DNA of 15,997 nucleotides from contig CAVYAN010000039.1 in the NCBI GenBank assembly GCA_963766075.1, positions 1-15,997 of the forward strand. Reading direction: 5' to 3'. How positions within the stretch are numbered: the first letter of the stretch is position 1; every line of letters begins with the position of its first letter. Source of the stretch: an uncultured cyanobacterium. GTDB lineage: Bacteria > Cyanobacteriota > Cyanobacteriia > Leptolyngbyales > Leptolyngbyaceae. The translations under genes and the position numbers were made by a program. The notes under the pieces are model-generated. The model was not told where the DNA came from, searched no databases, and worked only from the letters and a program-made list of their open reading frames with translations. Shown here one piece after another: positions 1-7,460 of this stretch.

Positions 1-483
1 CCCGACCCCTCGGCCCTGCAACACTTTTACTACATTCATCCCCGCGATCGGCGGCGGCTCCGAATCTATGTAAATCAGGTCATTCGGGGTGCCGCCCCCG
101 ATGAAATTGATCTGAGAATCTTGAAAACCGACGACACCATTGGCTATGTCGCGGTGCGGGGTATCGCGCTGCGCAATGCCCTGGGAAAAGTCACTAAACT
201 TGTAGGGACAGTTCTCGATATTACGGAGCGAAAACAAGCCGCTACGGAAGTGCTCAAGGCATTGAAACGAGAAAGAGAACTTAATGAAATGAAATCACAG
301 TTTGTGTCCATCGTGTCCCACGAATTCCGCACACCCTTGACTGTCATTCAGTCCGCCACAGATTTGCTAGAAATGGGGACTGAAAACCCGGAGGACTACC
401 CAGAGTATTATCGACAAATTCATGGGGCGATCGCTCAAATGATCGCGTTACTGGACAATGCTTTATTAATTGGCAAAGACTAA
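1..483 (+). CDS. PAS/PAC + HisKA (DHp) sensor protein, 5'-partial, lacking the HATPase_c domain (possibly truncated)
   Basis: Frame 1 is open from base 1 (PDPSALQHFYYIHPRDR...). It shows a PAS 'IHPxDR' motif, a PAC end 'GTVLDITERKQA', a coiled coil and the H-box 'FVSIVSHEFRTPL'. The TAA at 481-483 falls right after the second DHp helix. Confidence 0.85.
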   Translation, partial: PDPSALQHFYYIHPRDRRRLRIYVNQVIRGAAPDEIDLRILKTDDTIGYVAVRGIALRNALGKVTKLVGTVLDITERKQAATEVLKALKRERELNEMKSQFVSIVSHEFRTPLTVIQSATDLLEMGTENPEDYPEYYRQIHGAIAQMIALLDNALLIGKD

Positions 484-554
484 AACAAGCAATTCGGGAA
501 AACCGACACAAAATCACGCATTAATAGAGAATGCATCGATTAACGCATCCAATA

Positions 555-586
555 CGTCAACGTCTTGGTCCGTCAACGTCTTGGTC
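555..586. repeat. Exact 16-bp tandem duplication CGTCAACGTCTTGGTC x2, followed by degenerate AAACACTCT(TG/A)TTCAAGCA repeats
   Basis: Units at 555-570 and 571-586. A second near-identical pair lies at about 588-605 and 611-628. Confidence 0.9.
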
Positions 587-676
587 AAACACTCTTGTTC
601 AAGCACTGTAAAACACTCTATTCAAGCAGTATTAAGTCAAAACTCTATCAAATCAATATCTTCTATTCAAGAAATA

Positions 677-758
677 TGCGGATGAAAGGACTTGAACCTT
701 CACACCTCTCGGTACTAGAACCTAAATCTAGCGCGTCTGCCAATTCCGCCACATCCGC
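677..758 (-). tRNA. trnL-UAG: tRNA-Leu(UAG), CCA not encoded
   Basis: Reverse complement reads GCGGATGTGGCGGAATTGGCAGACGCGCTAGATTTAGGTTCTAGTACCGAGAGGTGTGAAGGTTCAAGTCCTTTCATCCGCA. Acceptor stem GCGGATG/CATCCGC, anticodon stem CTAGA/TCTAG with loop TT-TAG-GT, long variable arm, T-loop GTTCAAG, discriminator A. Confidence 0.98.
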
Positions 759-858
759 AGGCAACTACGCCACAACCTGAGCAAAACAAAGTTATGGCGC
801 TGAAACAGCAATCTAGCACATATTCTGTGCTTCTAGCAAGAATCCAGAACTCCTGCGG

Positions 859-1194
859 TCAGGATTTCAAGCTGTCCGGACTGAGAGGCACCAGCGTCCC
901 ATTAGCTGTAAGTCCGAGTAGCATTGGCGCATGGGGATGAATGGCTTGCCCCGTCAGGGCACAGAGTTCCTCTGTCTGGGCGATCGCCGTAACCGTCGCA
1001 CGAATTTCTGTAGACACCACGGGAGCCGCCGCATCACCAGATTTTTGGTGTACAAAGTTCCAGAGGACATCGCGAATGAGGGCTTGATACCCTTGGTTGC
1101 CAGACAGTTCCTTGAGGCGCTCCTTGAGTTCCCGCTCCAGGCGGATGCTGGTCACTTCCATGTCGGTCGTAGAGGTGCGGGCAAGTGTTGGCAT
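859..1194 (-). CDS. Small conserved cyanobacterial protein with N-terminal ribbon-helix-helix (CopG-like) DNA-binding motif
   Basis: ATG at 1194 is preceded by the RBS AGGAGA (1206-1201). 'VTSIRLERELKERLKELSGNQGYQALIRDVLWNFV' fits the RHH beta-helix-helix pattern. 111 aa. Confidence 0.75.
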   Translation of the reverse strand: MPTLARTSTTDMEVTSIRLERELKERLKELSGNQGYQALIRDVLWNFVHQKSGDAAAPVVSTEIRATVTAIAQTEELCALTGQAIHPHAPMLLGLTANGTLVPLSPDSLKS

Positions 1195-1223
1195 GGCATT
1201 TCTCCTGGATATACCGTGAGTCA

Positions 1224-1249
1224 AGATGTAATACGAGTGTAGTATATCT
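1224..1249. promoter_or_regulatory. Candidate operator overlapping a -10-like TATACT (minus strand, 1246-1241) for the RHH-like gene
   Basis: Imperfect palindrome AGATGTAATAC-GAGT-GTAGTATATCT (9/11 pairs), which also contains the direct repeats TGTAATAC/TGTAGTAT 11 bp apart. It lies 30-55 bp upstream of the ATG. Confidence 0.45.
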
Positions 1250-1617
1250 GGGTTCGATTGCTCGCGATCGGCCCGAGGAAGATGGCATCTGATTGTCTAA
1301 GTGGTTGCTTTTTCTAAGCGTCTGACTTTAAAGAGCAAGGGTAAAAAAACGGAGAGATTAATGAAGGCTGCTTAAAGAAGCAATGAATTGTCCTGATAGT
1401 CTGGATCGTATACGAGTCAAGGGGATTACGCCCGATAGGGTCTTCACAGCTCAGTAGATTTAGCAGGTATCTTCATCTAATCTTCACAAAAAACCGGTTT
1501 AGAGGGCCATGCATGAAGATTGAGTAAGTACTTTAACGGAGATCACGGATCCCCGAAGCATTGGGCATATATTGACACACAAGACCTAGCCAATACGCAT
1601 ATTTAGATGGATTAATC

Positions 1618-2295
1618 ATGGCATTGCTCCAACCTGTAAAAGCTTTTCATTCCCCGATGACTGACCTATCGGATCGTGGCCAGGTTCCTCATGCTTCTGC
1701 TTTTTCGGTATTTAAGCGGTGTTTGGATATCTTGGGAAGCTGTTTGGGCTTGGCGGTTTTAGTGCTGATTCTGCCCATTGTGGCGATCGCGATTAAGTTA
1801 GATAGTCCGGGTCCAATTTTCTATCACCAAGAGCGATTTGGTCTGTTGGGCACGCCCTTTCGGATCTACAAATTTCGCTCTATGGTTCAGGATGCCGACC
1901 ACCTGAAAGCACAAATTCATAATGAAGCTAAGGGTCTTATCTTCAAGAATGAGGATGATCCTCGAGTCACTCGGGTGGGTAAGTTTTTGCGGCGCACCAG
2001 CCTAGATGAGTTCCCCCAATTTTGGAATGTCTTGATTGGAGAAATGAGTCTGGTAGGTACTCGCCCGCCCACTGCTGACGAGGTGGCTAAGTACACCTCC
2101 CATCATTGGAAACGGTTGAATGTGAAGCCCGGTTTAACTGGCGAATGGCAAGTTAACGGGAGATCGATGATCAAGGACTTTGAGGAAATCGTCAGCTTGG
2201 ATTTGCGCTACCAGTCTCAGTGGACTCCGGCCTACGACATTGTTTTAATCGCTCGTACCATTTCGGTCATCCTGTTGAAGAAGGGAGCGTGTTAG
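1618..2295 (+). CDS. Sugar transferase (polyprenyl-phosphate phosphoglycosyl transferase, Bac_transf; WcaJ/WbaP C-terminal-domain type)
   Basis: Family motifs 'KRCLDI', one hydrophobic helix, '[14 protein letters not shown]', 'YKFRSM', '[37 protein letters not shown]', '[14 protein letters not shown]', 'LDLRY'. Confidence 0.95.
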   Translation: MALLQPVKAFHSPMTDLSDRGQVPHASAFSVFKRCLDILGSCLGLAVLVLILPIVAIAIKLDSPGPIFYHQERFGLLGTPFRIYKFRSMVQDADHLKAQIHNEAKGLIFKNEDDPRVTRVGKFLRRTSLDEFPQFWNVLIGEMSLVGTRPPTADEVAKYTSHHWKRLNVKPGLTGEWQVNGRSMIKDFEEIVSLDLRYQSQWTPAYDIVLIARTISVILLKKGAC

Positions 2296-2382
2296 ACGTT
2301 GCACCTGGGACCGCCCAGTCCTCGGAGTGCGGGGTCTAGAGTGCACGCTTCCGCAGTGTCAGCGCATCTCAACGCGTACGTT

Positions 2383-2416
2383 TCTGTTCCCACGGCATAT
2401 CTGTTCCCACGGCATA
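2383..2416. repeat. Exact 17-bp tandem duplication TCTGTTCCCACGGCATA x2
   Basis: Units at 2383-2399 and 2400-2416. A 10-bp tandem GCCTTTTACG x2 follows at 2468-2487. Confidence 0.9.
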
Positions 2417-2917
2417 GTCTGTCGGTGGGAATTTTTAATGGAAATCCACCAACGATTGACACCTTCTGCCTTTTACGGCCTTTTACGGCTCTGTCCGTGC
2501 ATCTGGTTTTCAGACAAGATTCGTCCTCGGGGATTGCTCTACGACTACACTCAGGACGCACGCTGGCTGAACATACGGGCTGAACACAACCGTGGCCTGT
2601 CCCCGTAGGTGGCTGGCGAGCGTTTGTTGGGAAAAAATCTCCTGACTTCTCTAGTCTGCTTGGCTTAGAACATCTCCTGAAAGATCAGCCAAAAAATTGC
2701 CACGCACACAAGGGCGGCAAGCACTAATTCCACTGACATGCTACTCCCCCTACCCTGATTGGGTTTCTCACAACGTTCCCTGGAGTTTAGCAAATGCCTT
2801 TGGACAAATTGCAGCAGAAATCAAATTTATGTTGCCAATTGGCAATTTGGTTGCATCATAGTGGCGGTACATTTCCCGGGTGGGGCTTTTTGTCATCGCC
2901 AGTTAAGGAATTAGCGC

Positions 2918-4090
2918 ATGGTCCTTTTATTTACAGATGTCTTTTTGTTGCTCACCCAGGTTTTGCTCTGGCTGCTGGTCGGCATATTTGTCTGGTTTAT
3001 TTTACTCAGAGCATTACCCCAAAAGTTTTTGGGGTTATTGGTACTGTTATTGATTTTGTTGGTCCTGGCGTACTCCTATATTGGGGGACCACCGTCCGAT
3101 CGCGGCGTTCTAGAAGCCCTGTGGCGAGTGATTTCCTGGCCCTTTACCCTTCCCGGGGCGTTGCTTACCCTGCTGCTGGTGCTGAGCCAGAAGCCTAAGT
3201 GGTTGACAAAGCAGATTAGGACTGCGGTTAAGGTTTTTATTGGTCTGGTGATTGTCGCGAGTGTGCCGCTGGTTTCCAGTTTGGTTGTGCAAAATTGGGA
3301 AGTGGATGCGTTGACATCGGTTAAACCAGCGCCCGCCCTCACCGTGGCCGGTTCTAGGCGGGTAATTGTACTAATGGGACAGGGTACGACCCGGCCCCAA
3401 GTCCGCCCCCCAACTGAAAACCCACCCACCGACGCCAAGGGTAGCGGCCCCAAAATTACGACGGAGGCGTTCCAAATTCTGAATCAATTGCCGATTCAAT
3501 TAACCGATCAGGGCGATCGCCTCATTTATGCTGCCGAACTTTATCGGGAACAAGCCCGCCAAGGCAATGCACCCTTGATTGTGGTTACGGGCAGTCGCCG
3601 CCCCGATCGCCGCCGCAAAGATGGCGAAAAATCTGAGGATGTTTCGGAGGCCCGCTTTGTCCGTGACTTTCTGACCCAAACGATGGGGATTCCCGAGGGC
3701 GATATTATTCTGGAAAACGAAGGGGCGGATGTCTATGATAGCGCCATCAAAATTCAGCAATTACTCAAAGATCGCCAAATTAACTTCAGCAACCAACTGA
3801 TGATTGTGACTTCCGCCGTGAGCCTGAATCGGACCGCGCTGACATTTGGCAAAATCTTTGAGGGCACAACGATTATTGCCCGTCCCACCAATTTCCGGAC
3901 ATTGCCCCCAGCGGGTAGCCTCAGTCGATTGGTCCAAGGGCGCGACTTGGTAGAACGTGATGTGCAAATCCCTGCTGATTTGCTGCCAAATATCGAGTCC
4001 TTACGGGTGAGCTCTCAAGTTTGGGATGAATTTCTGGCCTCCACGTTTTACTTCCTCCGCGGTTGGATGAATCCATTCCAGAAAGCCTAA
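2918..4090 (+). CDS. YdcF/DUF218 family membrane protein
   Basis: About four N-terminal TM segments are followed by DUF218 features: 'VIVLMGQG', 'DRLIYAAELY', 'IVVTGS', 'SEARFVRDFL..MGIPEGDIILE', 'IVTSA...RTALTF', and a C-terminal 'E..A..FYFLRGW'. The RBS AAGGA is upstream. Confidence 0.85.
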   Translation: MVLLFTDVFLLLTQVLLWLLVGIFVWFILLRALPQKFLGLLVLLLILLVLAYSYIGGPPSDRGVLEALWRVISWPFTLPGALLTLLLVLSQKPKWLTKQIRTAVKVFIGLVIVASVPLVSSLVVQNWEVDALTSVKPAPALTVAGSRRVIVLMGQGTTRPQVRPPTENPPTDAKGSGPKITTEAFQILNQLPIQLTDQGDRLIYAAELYREQARQGNAPLIVVTGSRRPDRRRKDGEKSEDVSEARFVRDFLTQTMGIPEGDIILENEGADVYDSAIKIQQLLKDRQINFSNQLMIVTSAVSLNRTALTFGKIFEGTTIIARPTNFRTLPPAGSLSRLVQGRDLVERDVQIPADLLPNIESLRVSSQVWDEFLASTFYFLRGWMNPFQKA

Positions 4091-4166
4091 TCGATTTTGG
4101 CTATAGGGCCTAAAGGGGTTTCCCAGCCAGGGGTTTGCATAGCAGCGATATCGTCAAAGGGTTTGG

Positions 4167-4212
4167 CTAAGAGCAGAGCGATCGCCCCTGAGGGGCGATC
4201 GCTTGCTCTTAG
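4167..4212. repeat. 21-bp-stem hairpin with a HIP1 site in each arm; possible terminator or transcript-stabilising structure
   Basis: CTAAGAGCA-g-AGCGATCGCCCC-tga-GGGGCGATCGCT-TGCTCTTAG. The arms are perfectly complementary apart from one bulged G. Confidence 0.8.
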
Positions 4213-4447
4213 GCACAAATTTTAATAGAAGCTTGCCATTCTGCTATGCAGCTGGGGAGGGACTTCATGACCGCCGCCGACTGGTTCCAACCCTCATCAG
4301 GCACGCCAGCGATGACAAGTCACTGACGATATCGCATCGCGTCGCTAAGCTAGAGCAGGCAGCCCAAAATCCCCCTGTCTGTCGGCATGTTGGTGCATCT
4401 CCTGTTCAGGAGATAGCGCCGTCCAAAATCAAAAGGGTCGGAGTTCA

Positions 4448-7201
4448 ATGCGGAAATGGTATCGGTTAGTTTTGGCCTTAGTGGTGGTTCTGGCCGCAGT
4501 CGGCGGGCACCAGTTTTGGCAAATGGGACAGCGCAGCGTTGGGCTAGCCCCACCTCAAACCGATGCCCGCTTACAAGTCGAAACGGTCAAATCGTCAGAG
4601 CCTTTTATTTGGTGGGAAGCAGAAAAAACCCAGACGGACAACTTTCCACCCCCCAAAATTGCTCCCTTTGCGCCGAATAACCCGGAGGAAGCCGATCCCC
4701 TGTCTAACGGTCAATGGATTAGTGCTGATGGGAAACGGACAACTCCGCTGTTTTTGGAATATACCGTTACAGTGCCCGAGGGTGCGGAGTACTGGTTTTA
4801 TACCCGCAAGTTTTGGCAGCACGGCCCCTTTCGTTGGCGCTGGGACGATACGCCTTGGCGCATGGTTGGCACCACCCATTTAATGGATAGCGTACAGATC
4901 GCCCTGCATGTCGAGGTGAATTGGATTAGCCTGGGCAAAGTTGCCTTAGGCGCAGGAGACCACCGCTTGCGGATTGAACTGACGGAATCGGACGGGCCAG
5001 CGGCCTTCGACTGCTTCGTTTTGACGAGAACACCGTTGCAGCCGCGCGGCAAGTTGCAGCCGAATCAGCGCTACCGGACCACTCTGGCCAATTGGTTTAT
5101 TTTTGATCCCGAGACCGATGCCTTCACGCCCAGTGCGATTGATCTGCGATTTTTGAATGAGGCCGTGGCCGGGGAAGCGGGATTTATCCAAGCAAAGGGC
5201 GAGTCCTTTATCCATCCCCAAACAGGGAAGCCGGTACGATTTTGGGCTGTGAATAGTGGCCCAGACGTCCTGCAAATGGAACCGGACTCCATGGCCTACA
5301 TGGCCCGATTTCTGGCAAAGCGGGGGGTGAATATGGTGCGACTGCATGGTCGCCTGTTTACCGATGCTGACTTTCGCACCATCAGCCCGGATACCGTCAA
5401 TCGCCTTTTTGCTTTTGTAGAGGCGATGAAGGCCGAGGGCATTTATACCGGGCTGTCGATTTATTTCCCGCTATGGCTGACGATGCAGCCCGATATGGGA
5501 TTTGCGGGCTATAGCGGACAACATCCCTATGGGCTGCTCTTTTTCAATCCACAGTTTCAACAAATTTATCGAGGCTGGTGGCGATCGCTCTTGGCCACCG
5601 TCAACCCTGCTACGGGCAAAACCTTGGCCGAGGATCCCGCCGTGGCCATGGTGGAGTTGGTCAACGAAGACTCCTATTTTTTCTGGACCTTTGATCCTTA
5701 CAAAAGCGTTCCCGGTCCTCAAATGGCGCTGCTAGAAACCCAGTTTGGCACTTGGCTCACCCAAAAATATGGCAGTAGCGCCAAGGCCCTTGCCCAGTGG
5801 CAAACCGATCAAAATTCCCCCCAGCCCGTGCAGGCCGATCAACCCCAAGCCGGACGGGTGGCGTTTATCCCCTTAGCCGACGTTTTTGGCAAGCGGGACG
5901 CACGGCGATCGCAAGATACCGCGGCCTTCCTCGCCGATAATCAAAAGCAGTTTTTCACCAACACCATGGGCTGGCTGCGTCAGGATCTAGGCTATAAAGG
6001 GCTGGTTTATGCGTCCAACTGGATTACCGCCAACGCCCAAATCCTGGGGCCGTTAGATAAGTACACCAACACCGTAGCGGACTTTATGGATCGGCATGGC
6101 TACTTCGATGGGTTTCATGAAGGTCCAGCGGCCAGCTATGACGTGCGAGTGGGCGATCGCTTTCGCGATCGCGCCGCCCTGCGGTTCCAACCCCAGGACT
6201 CCGGTGAAGACTTCAGCCTGCCGATCATGGACCTACGATACAATGACAAGCCCTCAACGATCACCGAGCTGAACTGGTCCCAACCTAACCGCTTCCGGGC
6301 CGATTTCCCCCTGCTGGCGGCAGCCTATGGCAGCTTGCAGGACACCGATGGCTTGTTTCTGTTCCACACCTCGAACCCCTCGTGGGAGTCTTCCCTCGGC
6401 AAGTTTCCCATCGCCACCCCCGCAATCATGGGACAGTTTCCCGCGACGGCATTGATGTATCGCCAAGGGCTCCTGGAAACCGGTAAAGCCGTGGTGAATG
6501 CCAATCTCAAAATCAAGGATGTCTATGGGCTTCGAGGCTCTCCCCTCACCGCCCCTCAGAATTTAGATGCCCTAAGGCAGCAAGACCTGCGCGGCACGGA
6601 TCGGGCTGCGGCAACCACCCTCGATCCGCTGGCGTTTTTAGTGGGTAAAGTCAACCTGCGATTTTCCGAGCAAGATGACGCGACCCAGCCAGTCAACCTA
6701 TCGGAATTTATCAACCGCTCTGCCAAAACTGTTCGCAGTAGCACTGGGCAGTTGCTCTGGAACTATGCCCAAGGACTGGTCACGGTCAATGCTCCTGCGG
6801 TCCAGGGGGCGACTGGATTTCTGGGTAGCGAAGGTACGGTCAAACTCAACGACATCAGTATTCAGACCGATTTAGACTATGGCACTGTCTTAGTCATCGC
6901 CCTAGACCAACGCCCCATTGCCCAATCCCATCGCCTGCTGCTACAAGTGATGTCTGAAGAACAAAACTTTGGCTGGCGTACCTCGGGGAATCCCACCCAA
7001 ACCATTGAACACGTGGGCAATCCACCCATTGTGGTCCGCAAGCTCAGTGGCCAAGTTCAAGTCAACCGTAGCGATGCCGCCAGTTTGCATATCACTGCCC
7101 TGGACTGGAATGGCTATCCGGTAACATCGCTTGGCAAGGGCGGAACGATCTCGCTGCAACCCGAGACACCCTACTACCTGATCGAGAAACCCACTCCCTG
7201 A
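4448..7201 (+). CDS. Secreted or N-terminally anchored clan GH-A (GH5-like) glycoside hydrolase with N-terminal CBM-like beta-sandwich
   Basis: 917 aa with a basic+hydrophobic N-terminus. CBM6/35-like signature 'WWEAE...GDHRLRIEL...FDCFVL'. TIM-barrel motifs 'VRFWAVN', 'GVNMVRLHG', 'MKAEGIY', acid/base 'ELVNEDS', 'DFMDRHGY' and putative nucleophile 'KPSTITELNW'. The RBS GGAG is upstream. Substrate cannot be determined. Confidence 0.75.
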   Translation: MRKWYRLVLALVVVLAAVGGHQFWQMGQRSVGLAPPQTDARLQVETVKSSEPFIWWEAEKTQTDNFPPPKIAPFAPNNPEEADPLSNGQWISADGKRTTPLFLEYTVTVPEGAEYWFYTRKFWQHGPFRWRWDDTPWRMVGTTHLMDSVQIALHVEVNWISLGKVALGAGDHRLRIELTESDGPAAFDCFVLTRTPLQPRGKLQPNQRYRTTLANWFIFDPETDAFTPSAIDLRFLNEAVAGEAGFIQAKGESFIHPQTGKPVRFWAVNSGPDVLQMEPDSMAYMARFLAKRGVNMVRLHGRLFTDADFRTISPDTVNRLFAFVEAMKAEGIYTGLSIYFPLWLTMQPDMGFAGYSGQHPYGLLFFNPQFQQIYRGWWRSLLATVNPATGKTLAEDPAVAMVELVNEDSYFFWTFDPYKSVPGPQMALLETQFGTWLTQKYGSSAKALAQWQTDQNSPQPVQADQPQAGRVAFIPLADVFGKRDARRSQDTAAFLADNQKQFFTNTMGWLRQDLGYKGLVYASNWITANAQILGPLDKYTNTVADFMDRHGYFDGFHEGPAASYDVRVGDRFRDRAALRFQPQDSGEDFSLPIMDLRYNDKPSTITELNWSQPNRFRADFPLLAAAYGSLQDTDGLFLFHTSNPSWESSLGKFPIATPAIMGQFPATALMYRQGLLETGKAVVNANLKIKDVYGLRGSPLTAPQNLDALRQQDLRGTDRAAATTLDPLAFLVGKVNLRFSEQDDATQPVNLSEFINRSAKTVRSSTGQLLWNYAQGLVTVNAPAVQGATGFLGSEGTVKLNDISIQTDLDYGTVLVIALDQRPIAQSHRLLLQVMSEEQNFGWRTSGNPTQTIEHVGNPPIVVRKLSGQVQVNRSDAASLHITALDWNGYPVTSLGKGGTISLQPETPYYLIEKPTP

Positions 7202-7349
7202 GCGGAGTCAAAGGGAGCAACCTTGTGCAGGCCCCGATTTGGCTCAAGGCCCAATCTTGCGCAGGCGGAGCGGAGTCAAAGTGAGCAACCTTCTACTAGC
7301 CCTGACTTCGCGCAAGACGCAATCTTACGCAGGCTGGGCGGAGTCGAAG
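7194..7349. repeat. Degenerate 68-bp-period REP/BIME-like array
   Basis: The core G(A/G)GCGGAGTC(A/G)AAG starts at 7200, 7268 and 7336. The two full units also share GAGCAACCTT and CAATCTT(G/A)CGCAGGC. Confidence 0.85.
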
Positions 7350-7460
7350 CCTGCACCCAGTAGGCTTTTCATTTGAAATCCTTAAAAGCAGGCAGGCAGG
7401 TCTATCAGAGTTATCGTCCCCGAGAATCGGAGAGCTCCTCCTGAAAGACTGCCCAAATTT

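Noticed and set aside
470..685. Frameshifted continuation of the histidine kinase
   Set aside because: The translation is Ser/Asn-rich with no HATPase_c motifs and runs through tandem repeats.
565..780. 71-aa ORF ending in MRMKGLEPSHLSVLEPKSSASANSATSA
   Set aside because: This is the antisense translation of tRNA-Leu, a well-known spurious ORF pattern.
859..1194. Type II toxin-antitoxin pair built on the RHH protein
   Set aside because: No adjacent toxin-like ORF. Its neighbours are a tRNA and a non-coding spacer.
2292..2608. Three overlapping 89-94 aa ORFs in the spacer
   Set aside because: No recognisable motif or RBS, atypical composition, and they cross tandem duplications whose lengths are not multiples of 3.
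4122..4469. Retron msr-msd, or the 88-aa ORF at 4203-4469
   Set aside because: There is no reverse transcriptase in the window. The ORF starts at TTG inside a hairpin and has no recognisable features.
7200..7349. CRISPR array (68-bp period resembles repeat + spacer)
   Set aside because: The intervening segments are homologous to each other rather than unique spacers, there are only 2.2 units, and there are no cas genes. It fits a REP/BIME-like tandem better.
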